A stretch of DNA of 64,000 nucleotides from the NCBI GenBank assembly GCA_963740315.1, contig CAVUDP010000002.1:3744001-3808000 (forward strand). Reading direction: 5' to 3'. The notes beneath the pieces were generated by a model. The model was not told where the DNA came from. It worked only from the letters and a program-made list of their open reading frames with translations, and did no database searches. Shown piece by piece: positions 39,972 to 50,607 of the stretch. The stretch is from an uncultured cyanobacterium. GTDB lineage: Bacteria; Cyanobacteriota; Cyanobacteriia; Cyanobacteriales; Nostocaceae. Positions within the stretch are counted from its first letter, which is position 1. Every line of letters begins with the position of its first letter. The position numbers and the translations under genes were made by a program.

Positions 39972-41692
39972 ATGAAAAAAATGAATACGAATCGGACCGG
40001 GCATCCAGTTAAACAGCGATTTCGCCTGTTTCAGGGAATTTTACCTTTGAAAGTAACCACAATTGGCGATGATGTTATTGCAGGTATTGTGCTGGCAGCG
40101 CTGGGTATTCCTGAAGTCATGGGATATACAAAAATCGCCGGAACACCCATTGCTACAGGTCTTTACACGCTCATCCTGCCAGCTTTAGTGTTTGCGGTCT
40201 TTGGCTCTTCTCGCCATCTGGTAGTCGGTGCTGACTCAGCAACCGCTGCAATCATGGCGGCTGGGCTGTCAGGCTTGGCACAGTTTGGTGGTTCCCAATA
40301 TTTAGCTTTGGCAGAATTAGTAGCTATCGTAGTGGCTGGACTTTTACTGTTAGCACGACTGTTTCGACTCGGTTTCCTGGCGGACTTTCTGTCGCGTACC
40401 GTGCTAATAGGTTTCTTAACTGGGGTAGGAATTCAAGTGGCTATCGGTCAATTAGCTGGGTTACTAGACCTCAAAGCCGGGAGCCAGCAACCCGTACAAC
40501 AAATTATCAATTTCTTCACAAGTCTGCCCCATGCTAATAGGTTAGCGATCGCGATTTCTCTAACTGTGTTAATTACCATTAAACTATGCGACAAATTTAT
40601 ACCAAAATTTCCAGGTGCATTGTTGACTGTAATAGTAGCAATTATTGCTAGTTGGATATTTAATTTTGCCAGCCGTGGGGTGATGGTCGTTGGATCTATT
40701 CCCAGCGGTCTACCTTCTTTGGGGCTACCAGCAGTCTCGCTCAGTGAAATTCCCCAGGTAGCTAGTATCGCTTTATCTTGTTGTATAGTTATTATTGCCC
40801 AAAGTGCAGCGACCTCCCGCGCCTACGCCTTTCGATACAACGAGAGCTTCAGAGAAAATACTGACCTTGAGGGTCTAGCTCTGGCTAATCTGGCGGCGGG
40901 GCTGAGTGGAACCTTTGTGGTCAATGGTAGCCCGACCAAAACTGAAATTGTTGACACGGCAGGAGGAAAAAGCCAAATTGCTCAATTAACCACAGTCGCA
41001 GTGGTATTAATAGTTATCCTTTTCCTCACTCAACCCATCAGCTATTTACCCAATGCGGTTTTAGCAGCAATTGTCTTCTCCATCGGACTCAAGTTGATTG
41101 ATATTCGCGGGATGCGTACTATCTTTAAAACCCATCGCGACGAGTTTTATCTTGCTATCATCACTGCTGCTACGGTCGTTTTTATTGGTGTTAAACAAGG
41201 TATTATTTTAGCAGTTATTTTGTCGCTGATTTTGCACGTTCGCCATAGTTACCGTCCGCATTCTGCCATTATTATTCCCAATGAAAATAGATATTGGCAG
41301 CCAATTCCTGTTCGTTTCGGCATTGTATCAGCACCCGGTTTAATTATTTATCGCTTTAGTAGAGACTTATTTTACGCTAACGCTAGCTTCTTTTCAGAAG
41401 AGGTGCAAAATCTTCTTAAGAAGGCTCAATCACCAGTGCAGTGGTTGATTGTGGAGTCTAGAGCAATTACTGAAATTGACTACTCCGCATCCCAGACGCT
41501 TCGCGATGTTGTTAAGGAATTATCTGTAGCGAATGTAACTTTTGTTTTGTCGGGTTTCCACCAGAAGTAAAGGCTCAGTTTGATCGCGATGGGCTGACAG
41601 ATTTAATCGGTGCTAACTACTTTTTTAACCACTTAGAAGAGGCTTTGGCGGCTTTCCACATTATCCACGATGGATCTGGGGAGGTGTCCTAA
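39972..41692 (+). pseudogene. SulP/SLC26 anion transporter with frameshift in the STAS domain
   Basis: IPEVMGY, GSSRHL, LFYANA; ORF stops at 41570 but PEVKAQFDRDGLTDLIG continues in another frame to 41692. Confidence 0.8.
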
Positions 41693-41727
41693 TCGGATTA
41701 GTTTAACTTGTATTAAAGTTACAAAAA

Positions 41728-41968
41728 AGGCAGAGGGCAGAGGGCAGAGGGCAGAAGGTAAGAAGTATTAATAAAAACTTTAGTTCCTATCTTAAGCCTC
41801 AGTAAAAAAAGAAACAAGATTTTGAGACGCGCAGCGCGTACCGCAAGGTCGTCCCGGAGGGACTTAAAATATTTATGTCCTTATTTCATTCACGCGGAGC
41901 GTGTGGATCATCTCACGCTTTTAAACGTGAGTCCCTTCTGCCTTCTGCCTCCTTCCTTCTGCCTTCTG
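41728..41968. repeat. MITE-like unit bounded by inverted heptamer arrays (GGCAGAG)n ... (CCTTCTG)n
   Basis: Complementary tandem arrays flank ~175 bp with internal hairpins, between convergent genes. Confidence 0.6.
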
Positions 41969-42108
41969 AAATTTAGTATCACGTGTTAAGCTCTATTGCA
42001 TATAATGATTTACCAGCAGTAAGAAATAAACAATTGCCTTCCTTGTCACCAATATCCAGACTTAAGGAAGTTCCCTTTGATTCCCACAGAAGAATGATGA
42101 CTTTCAAA

Positions 42109-43242
42109 TTATGAACTTAATTGACTGCGGAATTTAATTGAGCTTGCAGTTAGAAGAATTATTGCAAACATAATTAAAGCTATTATATGTGGATAAAGAA
42201 CAGTTAAACCTACACCTTTGAGCAAAATACCGCGAGCAATTACCATGTAATGATATAGCGGGTTAAATAAAGCGACAGTTTGAAAAAACTTTGGCATACT
42301 TTCTGTAGCTGATAGCGCACCAGACATCATAATCATCGGAGAATTAATAAAGAATGAACTCAAAATTGTTTGCTGTTTATTCTGAGAAAAAGTTGCCATC
42401 AATATTCCGATCCCAATACCAATTAAAACATATAATCCGGAGAGAATTAAGAATAAAAAAAAACTTCCTTGTAAAGGTAGTTTAAAAATAATCCTTGCCA
42501 GTGATAAAGCAAGTAAAATATCCCCCATTAAAAGTATATATAATGGTACAACTTTTGCAAGTAAAATTTCAATTGAAGAAGCTGGAGTCATTAACAACTG
42601 TTCCAAAGTGCCTTCATCTTTTTCCCGTACTGCTTCGACTGCTGACGCGAGGGAACTAGTCAGGGTTAAAATTACCCCAATCACACCAGGAACAAAAAAC
42701 CAACTACCAATCAAACCGGGATTATAGCGAAATATGATTTGCGGGTTGATTAATAAAGAAATTTTGCTTGATAGTAATTTACTATTGTATTGGCTAATAA
42801 TCTGACTAATGTATCCGCTTGCAACTCCAGCAGTGTAGGCATTAACTCCATCAATTAATACCTGTACTTCGGCTTTTGCTTCGCGCAATTCACTATTAAA
42901 TTTTGGAGGAATTACTAAGCCAATATCAACTTTTCCTGTTCGTACTTCTTGAGATAATATTTTTTGACTTTGACTGTAATTATTGACTAAAAACACTTGA
43001 TTTTCTGTGAATGCAGAAACTAATTCTCTACTTGCAGGAACTTGAGCGTAATCAACTATACCTAATTTCAAATGATTAACATCTGGACTCAAGGAAAAGC
43101 CAAAAATTAATAGTTGTAAAATTGGGGAAATAGTTAATAAAAATATTAGTTGTTTATTACGGCGTATTTGTGATATTTCTTTAATGACAAGTGCCCAAAA
43201 TCGACTTGATAAGATGCGGCGAATAAATTTCATCTTTTTCAC
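42109..43242 (-). CDS. ABC-2 transporter permease (YbhR-like)
   Basis: YNPGL, VPGVIG, REKDEGTLEQLLMTP. Confidence 0.9.
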   Translation of the reverse strand: MKKMKFIRRILSSRFWALVIKEISQIRRNKQLIFLLTISPILQLLIFGFSLSPDVNHLKLGIVDYAQVPASRELVSAFTENQVFLVNNYSQSQKILSQEVRTGKVDIGLVIPPKFNSELREAKAEVQVLIDGVNAYTAGVASGYISQIISQYNSKLLSSKISLLINPQIIFRYNPGLIGSWFFVPGVIGVILTLTSSLASAVEAVREKDEGTLEQLLMTPASSIEILLAKVVPLYILLMGDILLALSLARIIFKLPLQGSFFLFLILSGLYVLIGIGIGILMATFSQNKQQTILSSFFINSPMIMMSGALSATESMPKFFQTVALFNPLYHYMVIARGILLKGVGLTVLYPHIIALIMFAIILLTASSIKFRSQLSS

Positions 43243-43245
43243 TCC

Positions 43246-44391
43246 CTAGTCTTGTAGTTGCATTTGACGTATGGTTTGCCAAGCAAAGAAAAATTCAACG
43301 ATACCAAGTAATAATAAAATTGGAATATTATACCAAACACCAAACCAACCTGTTCCTCTCACAAATGCGTCGCGGGTTAGATTGAGATAATAACGTGCGG
43401 GGACAAAGTAAGAGATTACTGATAGCGGAAAGGGAATATTTGTGAGAGGGAATATAAAACCAGATAGCAACATTGCGGTCATAAATTTCACTGTTGCGAC
43501 TCCTTGAACTGCTGCACTTTGAGTTTTTGTTTTGACTCCGATTAAGACTCCTAATTGAATGCTAGTAAACAAAAATATTGGTGTCCCAACGATTAATGGT
43601 GTTGGATCGCCAGCAAAGCCTAAACCCCAAACTAAACAACCGATTGTAATAATAAAAATTGCTTCAAATATACCAATAATTGAATAGGCAAGGCTTTTAC
43701 CAAGTAATAGTTCTGTTGCGGTTAAACTTGAAGCATAGGTTTGAAGAATTGTCCCTTGTTCTTTTTCCTTAACAGTTGCGATCGCAGCAAGTAGGGGTGG
43801 GTAAATTGCTAAGACTATGGCAAAGGTTCCGGGAACAATATAAAATGCTTCTTTTCGTCCAGGGTTAAACCAAATTCTGGTGTCAGATGAAATTAATGTA
43901 ATCCCTGTTTGAATGCCGCTACTTTGGAGAAAAAATTGATTTGTAGCGCTAATACTGTTTTTGATGACACGAGCATTAGCAACATCTGTGCCATCAACAA
44001 TTACTTGAATATTAGTCGATTTATTCCCTTTAATCTGGTCGGAAAATTCCGGTGGAATAATTACTACTGCTCTGGCAATTCCTCTATCTATAGAATCTAT
44101 ATTCTGCTTCTTGGTTGTTGGTTTTGTGGCTAATTCAGATACAGGTAAATTACCAATCCAAGGAGCGGGTTTAAATTGATTGGTTGCAAATAAGCGTTCT
44201 ATATAACTACGACTGAGGGGACTATTATCGTAATCGACAATCGCTAATCCAATATTTTTGATTTCCAGTCGAATTGCAAAACCATAGATTAATAAAACAG
44301 CAAGAGGTAGAAAGAAAGCAAGGGCAACTGTTAATTTGTCTCGTTTAAATTGGACTAATTCTTTTTGGCATTGATTTAAAATACGTTTCAT
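43246..44391 (-). CDS. ABC-2 transporter permease (YbhS-like)
   Basis: WFNPG, KEKEQGT, LLSGFIFP; ATG 44391. Confidence 0.9.
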   Translation of the reverse strand: MKRILNQCQKELVQFKRDKLTVALAFFLPLAVLLIYGFAIRLEIKNIGLAIVDYDNSPLSRSYIERLFATNQFKPAPWIGNLPVSELATKPTTKKQNIDSIDRGIARAVVIIPPEFSDQIKGNKSTNIQVIVDGTDVANARVIKNSISATNQFFLQSSGIQTGITLISSDTRIWFNPGRKEAFYIVPGTFAIVLAIYPPLLAAIATVKEKEQGTILQTYASSLTATELLLGKSLAYSIIGIFEAIFIITIGCLVWGLGFAGDPTPLIVGTPIFLFTSIQLGVLIGVKTKTQSAAVQGVATVKFMTAMLLSGFIFPLTNIPFPLSVISYFVPARYYLNLTRDAFVRGTGWFGVWYNIPILLLLGIVEFFFAWQTIRQMQLQD

Positions 44392-44393
44392 AA

Positions 44394-46382
44394 TTAATTC
44401 TGAGCGCGTTGGACAATACCAATAAATGCATCTTCTAAGGAAAAAGGAATAGCACGAAGAGAAATAATTTCTAAATTTGATTCTGCTAATAAAGAACGCA
44501 CTTGCATAATTTCGCGTTCGGGATCTTCTAAAACTATGTGGAGATTGGAGCCAAATAAAGAAACTTGCCAAGATTGAAAATGTAATTTTAAAATGTCATA
44601 AGCAACTTGTGGTCTATCAATTACTAATTCGATTAATTTTCCTGGTTGTTCGGATTTAACTTGTGTTGGTGAGCCTTGTGCTACCATTTCACCTGCAACC
44701 ATAAAACCCATCCGATGACAATGTTCTGCTTCTTCGAGGTAATGGGTTGTTACTAAGACTGCGGTTCCGTGGTGCGCTAAATCATCTATTAAACGCCAAA
44801 ATTGTCTTCTTGCTAAAGGATCTACACCAGATGTTGGTTCATCGAGAAACAAAATCTCCGGTTCGTGCATAATCGAAGCACCAAATGCAACCCGTTGTTT
44901 CCAACCTCCAGGTAGTCTTTTGGTGAGCATATTTTCTTGTCCAACTAAACCACAGGTTTCTAAAACCCAGTCAATTTTTTCTTGTCTTTGTTTGACAGGT
45001 ATTCCATAAACACCGCAGTAAAATTCCAGATTTTCAACAACACTCAAATCGTCATAAAGAGTAAATTTTTGACTCATATAACCGATACGCTGCCGAACAT
45101 CTGGACTACGTAAATTACCAACTTTCCCAGCTAGGGAAACTTCACCGCTTGTTTGTTTGAGAAGTCCGCACAACATTTTTATCGTTGTGGTTTTACCCGC
45201 ACCATTTGCACCTAAAAGTCCGTAAATCTCTCCATAGCTAACTTCTAAATTCACATTTTTTGTGGCATGGAAATCACCGTAGCTTTTCCAGAGATTTTTA
45301 GCTCCAATTGCAATAGCAGATTGATTATTTTGTATTTTAATAGTTTTAGTTCTGGGAAATGGAATAAACTTTGGGTCAGAACCTTGTTGTCGCAGACGGG
45401 TAACAAACACATTTTCTAGAGTTGCCTCACGGGTTTCAACACTTGCTTGAATGTGGTGATTTTCGAGAATTGATTTTATATATATCGTATCTGCTTGAAT
45501 ATTTTTTACGAGTACATCAAGTCTGTCACCAAATATTTGGATGTCGGTAATACTCGTAGTACCTGTATTTATAGCTTGCGATAAAAGTTTTTCAGTTAGC
45601 TGTAAGTTACTCGTTCGCAGTTCGAGACGATGCAAACCCAAATTAGAGCGTAATTCTTTTAAAGTACCAATTTGATGTATTAATCCGTCATACATCAAAG
45701 CAATGCAATCGCATCTTTCTGCTTCATCCAAATAAGGGGTTGCTACAACTATTGTCACTCCTTCTTGTGACAATTCCGCCAAAACATCCCAAAATTCTCG
45801 ACGGGATACAGGATCAACTCCTGTGGTAGGTTCATCTAATAGCAATACTTCGGGTTGGGAAATTAAAGCACAGCATAACGCTAATTTTTGCTTCATTCCT
45901 CCCGATAATTGTCCTGCCAAACGGCTATTAAATTTTTCCAAATTCATCAACCGTAAATATTTAATTCGACGTTCTTGATATCGTTGTTCGGGAACTTGCC
46001 GCAACCCCGCAGAATAACGTAGATTTTCATCGATACTTAAATCTAAATAAAGCGAAAATTGTTGTGTTAAATAACCTATTCCCAAACGTGCTTTGCGGGG
46101 AGAGCGATTGAGTATTTTCACATTTCCAGCAGTTGCTTCCATCACACCACCAAGAATATGAAAGGTCGTAGTTTTACCCGCACCATCGGGACCAATTAAA
46201 CCAAATATTTCACCTCGTTTGACTTCAAAGTTTATGCCGCGAATTGCTGGAAATTTATCATATTGCTTATATAGATTTTGAACATTAATTATCAAAGATT
46301 GAGGTTCAAATTCAGAATTTATATTTAGCTTTTTTAAGTCAATACTGTGATTTAGATTCATGCTTGATTTTCCCCTCAACAA
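44394..46382 (-). CDS. ABC transporter with two ATPase domains (YbhF-like)
   Basis: GPDGAGKT/LSGGMKQ/LDEPT and GANGAGKT/LPGGWKQ/LDEPT. Confidence 0.92.
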   Translation of the reverse strand: MLRGKSSMNLNHSIDLKKLNINSEFEPQSLIINVQNLYKQYDKFPAIRGINFEVKRGEIFGLIGPDGAGKTTTFHILGGVMEATAGNVKILNRSPRKARLGIGYLTQQFSLYLDLSIDENLRYSAGLRQVPEQRYQERRIKYLRLMNLEKFNSRLAGQLSGGMKQKLALCCALISQPEVLLLDEPTTGVDPVSRREFWDVLAELSQEGVTIVVATPYLDEAERCDCIALMYDGLIHQIGTLKELRSNLGLHRLELRTSNLQLTEKLLSQAINTGTTSITDIQIFGDRLDVLVKNIQADTIYIKSILENHHIQASVETREATLENVFVTRLRQQGSDPKFIPFPRTKTIKIQNNQSAIAIGAKNLWKSYGDFHATKNVNLEVSYGEIYGLLGANGAGKTTTIKMLCGLLKQTSGEVSLAGKVGNLRSPDVRQRIGYMSQKFTLYDDLSVVENLEFYCGVYGIPVKQRQEKIDWVLETCGLVGQENMLTKRLPGGWKQRVAFGASIMHEPEILFLDEPTSGVDPLARRQFWRLIDDLAHHGTAVLVTTHYLEEAEHCHRMGFMVAGEMVAQGSPTQVKSEQPGKLIELVIDRPQVAYDILKLHFQSWQVSLFGSNLHIVLEDPEREIMQVRSLLAESNLEIISLRAIPFSLEDAFIGIVQRAQN

Positions 46383-46500
46383 ATCATGAATTTGATTCTA
46401 AGCGGGCTGTAATTGCTTCTCAAAAATTAATCGGACATAACCAAAAAGCAAATTAAATTAGGATAGCCAAATTGTTTAAAAACTTGGCAAGATGAAAAAT

Positions 46501-47799
46501 CTAATTACTTCCTAAATCAATTTCCGCATCTGCTGGCATTCCCGGTTTAGCCAATCCATCAGGTTGATCGATACTTAATTTTACGCCAAAAACCTGCTCG
46601 ACTCGATCTTGTTTAAAATAAATATTCTCTGGTGTAAAAGAAGCTTGAGTATCAATTGCACTGACGCGAGCAGATAAGGGTTTGTTAGGATTAGAATCAA
46701 GCCAAACTTTTGCCGTTCTCCCCACTTTGACTTTACCAATTTCGCCTTCAGGAATATAACCCCGCAAATACACAGTATTAGGATTGATTATTGTTAATAA
46801 AGTTCCCCCACTGCCAACAACTGTACCAGGTTCGACACTTCTTGCTGTCACAACACCATCAATCGGACTAACTACATTCAAATAGGCAATTTGCGCCAAA
46901 ATTTGTTTTTCTGTAGCTTGGGCATTTTTAACATCATCTTGAGCAGCATTAAATTGAGATTTTGCTATATTTAATTGTTTGCGAAGTTGTTGAATTTTAT
47001 TAATCTGAATATCTGGATTCAAACTTGTGGTTTGGGCTTGAGTTAATGCACCTTTTGCCACATTCACCTGTTTTATCGCCGCACTCACACCAGATTGACG
47101 TGCTTTAACTGCCGATTCTGCTGTTTCTAAACTTGTTTGTGCTTGGTCGTATTGTTGTTTATTGTATGCACCTTCAAAGTAAAGTGTTGCATATCTATCT
47201 CGCGTTATTTTTGCTAATTTCGCCGCAGAGATTATCGCATCTAATTGGGCTTTTGCTTCACTCAGTTGAGCTTCTGCTGCTGCTACCGTAGATTGGGCTT
47301 GGTCAATTTTTCCTTTAGCATCACCTTGAGATTGTTGAAGATTTAATTGTGCTTCTTCTATCTGATTTTCAATAATACTAATTTGTAAACTTGCTTGTTG
47401 AACTTGTTGCTGTGCTGCGCTAAGTTTTGCCCTGGCACCACTTAATTGTGCTTGAATTTCTGCATCATCTAATTTAGCAATCACCTCTCCTTTTGTTACC
47501 TTATCACCTTCTCTTACTGCAACAAAATTTACCCTTCCCGGAATCTTTGCACCGATGTCGGTTTCGTAACCTTCAATACGTCCGCTAAGTTGCAATCCGG
47601 TAGGTACCTGACGGTGTAAATAATACCAAGTTGATGTGGAGATACCTGCAATTATAGCTAAACCACCCAAAAATAGAATTAAAGGCTTTTTGCTTCGCTT
47701 GGGTTTTTCGGGAATCTGCGGAGATTCTTCTACCTGCGGTGGTGTGAGCGTTACTAGTTTTGATTCATTTTGCGGCTGAGGAACTAATGGGTTGTTCAT
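46501..47799 (-). CDS. HlyD-family membrane fusion protein (YbhG-like)
   Basis: TM segment, SGRIEG, coiled coil, SPIDGVV, ASFTP, KPGMPAD. Confidence 0.92.
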   Translation of the reverse strand: MNNPLVPQPQNESKLVTLTPPQVEESPQIPEKPKRSKKPLILFLGGLAIIAGISTSTWYYLHRQVPTGLQLSGRIEGYETDIGAKIPGRVNFVAVREGDKVTKGEVIAKLDDAEIQAQLSGARAKLSAAQQQVQQASLQISIIENQIEEAQLNLQQSQGDAKGKIDQAQSTVAAAEAQLSEAKAQLDAIISAAKLAKITRDRYATLYFEGAYNKQQYDQAQTSLETAESAVKARQSGVSAAIKQVNVAKGALTQAQTTSLNPDIQINKIQQLRKQLNIAKSQFNAAQDDVKNAQATEKQILAQIAYLNVVSPIDGVVTARSVEPGTVVGSGGTLLTIINPNTVYLRGYIPEGEIGKVKVGRTAKVWLDSNPNKPLSARVSAIDTQASFTPENIYFKQDRVEQVFGVKLSIDQPDGLAKPGMPADAEIDLGSN

Positions 47800-47857
47800 A
47801 GCGCTAATCGGGGTAGATGTTATGAATTCATTCCACCTTGAGATTAGATTTTAAATG

Positions 47858-47873
47858 TGAAGAAGTTGTGAGC
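47858..47873 (-). promoter_or_regulatory. CCTCA box variant GCTCACAACTTCTTCA, TAATCT 11 bp downstream
   Basis: Upstream of the ABC exporter operon. Confidence 0.7.
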
Positions 47874-48117
47874 ATGGGAAAACAGAGTTACACAAAAACT
47901 GACTATGCGAAAAGCAACTATTCATCTTGGTTCAACAGCGAGTCTACAATCGGCTAAAAGAACTGCGATTCACTGAGTGAGAAGTAACCTGATGCAATGC
48001 TATCAATAGCTCATTTTAGTTCAGTATTATTACTGTTGACTCCGATTAAGATTCTTGATATCCAACATACATTTTTGAGACTTCCCAGGCATAGAATGCG
48101 TAAGATTCTTGGTTCAG

Positions 48118-49392
48118 TCACTTCCCACCGCGCACCAGACGAACGGCATTGTAGATACGTTGAGCATCGCCTTGGGGACCTTCACCAGTGGGATAATTTG
48201 CAGGATTGCCGCTTTTGGGATCGCTGCGCTGGGCACCCGCGCCATGGACATCTTGCCAGGTGTTGTCCATGTAGCCCATCGCTCGACCAAAGCTGACGTA
48301 GGCACCATGTGACCCAGGGGTATCGGCCCAGTTTGCATGGGTGGTGCTGCTCCAGTAGAAGCTGTAATCTTTTTGTCCGGCTTCGTTGGTAATTGAGGTG
48401 GCGTTGAACAGCGGATCTATAGCAGCAGAATTGGTGGTATCGGGCGAACGGCTGTAATCCAGAATACTGTGTAATTCTTTTACGTTGGGCAAGCGCCAGT
48501 CGCTATACCCCAGATACTTGACCGCATTTTTTGTTTTGACATAGGTGAGGGCTTCTTCCCAATTGAGTCCTTTGGGAGCGTCGCTGCCGCTGTCATTCTT
48601 AGCCCACATCAGACCTGTGGCATTATCTACGATTGTGTTGTTGCCGTTATCAACAAAAGCATTCACACCGTAGGTACTGTTTTGGCGAATACAACTGACA
48701 AACAAGGTTTTATCCTGCCCCCGCAGCGTCAATCCGTAACCTTTGATGCGCCCGTCGGCAAAGTTCACGCCGAAGATGTACCTATCAGGACCTACGTAGA
48801 AGGTGCTTGAGGCGTATTGCGAATCGATGATACGTTCACCAGCACTGGTTTCGCCATATGCGAAATCGAAGTAGTTGGTATCGATGAAGGGGATCAAGCC
48901 GGATATGTCGCTGCTTTCGTAACCGCTGGGGTCAATGCCGGTGAAATTCATCAGTGAATAGAGCTGCTTGATGGTCGGCAACTGCCAGTCATCGTGACCT
49001 GCCAGGGACAGGTTATCGCAGTAGGTGGCGGCTTTGTTGTAAGCAAGCTTGTCGGAGGCGGTGATACTACCGTCGCTATTGGTATCCGGGCTTTTCTGCC
49101 AAATCAGACCGGTGACATTATCGGTGACAGTTCCGTCACCATTGTCCGTGTAGTTGGGTTTGTTGCCGGTATATTGGGCATCCTGCCCTGAAAAACTGGT
49201 TTGCGAGCAAGTTATTTCGGCGCTGTCGTTGTAGCACTTGTCTTGGGCGGTATCCACAATGGGATAGGTCAGCGAAACAGTAGAATCCGCAGATGGCGTG
49301 GCATTGGAAGCAGTTTTACTTGCAGGGCTTGCACATGCCGCCAAAAAAATTGAAAATACTACATACAACAGGAAGGCTTTATTTGTCATCAT
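48118..49392 (-). CDS. DUF1566 (Lcl C-terminal) lipoprotein
   Basis: LAAC lipobox; two copies of DNGxxTxxDNxTGLxW..DWxLPxxKxL..; GC-rich. Confidence 0.85.
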   Translation of the reverse strand: MMTNKAFLLYVVFSIFLAACASPASKTASNATPSADSTVSLTYPIVDTAQDKCYNDSAEITCSQTSFSGQDAQYTGNKPNYTDNGDGTVTDNVTGLIWQKSPDTNSDGSITASDKLAYNKAATYCDNLSLAGHDDWQLPTIKQLYSLMNFTGIDPSGYESSDISGLIPFIDTNYFDFAYGETSAGERIIDSQYASSTFYVGPDRYIFGVNFADGRIKGYGLTLRGQDKTLFVSCIRQNSTYGVNAFVDNGNNTIVDNATGLMWAKNDSGSDAPKGLNWEEALTYVKTKNAVKYLGYSDWRLPNVKELHSILDYSRSPDTTNSAAIDPLFNATSITNEAGQKDYSFYWSSTTHANWADTPGSHGAYVSFGRAMGYMDNTWQDVHGAGAQRSDPKSGNPANYPTGEGPQGDAQRIYNAVRLVRGGK

Positions 49393-49454
49393 TCTTTATG
49401 AATTGTGAGTTTATTTTCAAGTTTGAGAATTGTAAATTTATTTCCTTTTAAGAT

Positions 49455-49619
49455 GACCGTTTCCATCGCGGAGATCCATCTCGCAACCGTAAAGTAGAAG
49501 GAATTGGATTAGGTTTAAGTCTTGCTCGTGAAATTGTTCGCGCTCATAATGGCGAATTGATGCTAGATGCAGCGTTGGAAGGGGAGACATCTTTTAGTCT
49601 TAGTTTGCCGATGTTGTGA
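49455..49619 (+). pseudogene. sensor histidine kinase, C-terminal HATPase fragment
   Basis: Translates DRFHRGDPSRNRKVEGIGLGLSLAREIVRAHNGEL...SLPML*; no 5' part. Confidence 0.8.
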
Positions 49620-49815
49620 GGTTAAATAAAAATCAAAAATTTTCTGAGCAGTAGGTTGGGTTAGACCCATGGAGAATAAGGAGAACGATTTCTCCCATCC
49701 TAACGTAGCAGCCATCCTCAAAGGTAGCATCATTAATTGCCGAGCCACCACGAACAACATAAACATAAATGACCTTACTACCAACTAAAAATATACAAAA
49801 CTTTACTTGACCGCC

Positions 49816-49835
49816 ATATTACCGTATGGTTATAT
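49816..49835. promoter_or_regulatory. ArsR-type operator ATATTACCG-TA-TGGTTATAT
   Basis: Same consensus as the sulfur-island operators; between TTGACC and TATGAT. Confidence 0.7.
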
Positions 49836-49908
49836 GATATATATATTTGGATTATTCACTATTGATGAATCAAACAAATTTCATCAAGGAATAAGGAGAG
49901 AAACAATT

Positions 49909-50250
49909 ATGAAACGCTTTTTAATTGCTAGTTTAGGAACTCTATTCTTGACAACTGGTGCTACACCAGTTTTTGCGGAAGAAGTAGTAAGTTCCCAGGA
50001 AAGCCGAAACCAAGTTACCAGAAATGTAAAACCATTTAACTTAGTTTCTCTCGCTTATCAAGGATATTTACGAGAGCAAGGTATTCCTGGCTATGACACT
50101 TTTATTAATAGTGTTAACTGTGGAGATATTAAGGCAAAAGACTTAGTTAAATGTGCCATTAATGTTGGTAGATTGTCTCCTGATACGATTAATAATCGTA
50201 GCTATCTCAGTTCCTTAGAAATCCAATTGCAAAGTATTTCTGAGGATTAA
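49909..50250 (+). CDS. exported cyanobacterial hypothetical protein
   Basis: AGGAG RBS, signal peptide, PFNLVSLAYQG..QGIPG motif. Confidence 0.7.
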   Translation: MKRFLIASLGTLFLTTGATPVFAEEVVSSQESRNQVTRNVKPFNLVSLAYQGYLREQGIPGYDTFINSVNCGDIKAKDLVKCAINVGRLSPDTINNRSYLSSLEIQLQSISED

Positions 50251-50296
50251 ATTAACGTGAAATAAGCTCAAAAACTTTATAGAATTGGGGTTAGGT

Positions 50297-50470
50297 ATGG
50301 GCAAATTATTTAACGAGCTTAAACAAGATATTCTATATCAACATGGGATGAATGCCTGTCTGAATTGCGGAGTCTGTACAGCAGTATGTCCCGCAGCGGA
50401 ATTTAATGATTATTCTCCCAGGGAAGTCATGAACACCTCCAATAAAAATCAGGATTGGTCAATAATCTAG
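50297..50470 (+). pseudogene. HdrC-like 4Fe-4S protein, 5' fragment
   Basis: CLNCGVCTAVCP..YSPR, then premature end. Confidence 0.6.
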
Positions 50471-50607
50471 CCCACTAAGGAAAAGCTTAGCACTAACAAT
50501 CTTCCGAGGCTCAATTGTAAACGTAAAATCCCTGAAAGGTAGTTTCAACACTAAATTCATGTAATTTGAATTAAAATGGAAAGGCAGCCCAATATTTTCA
50601 ATTTTTT

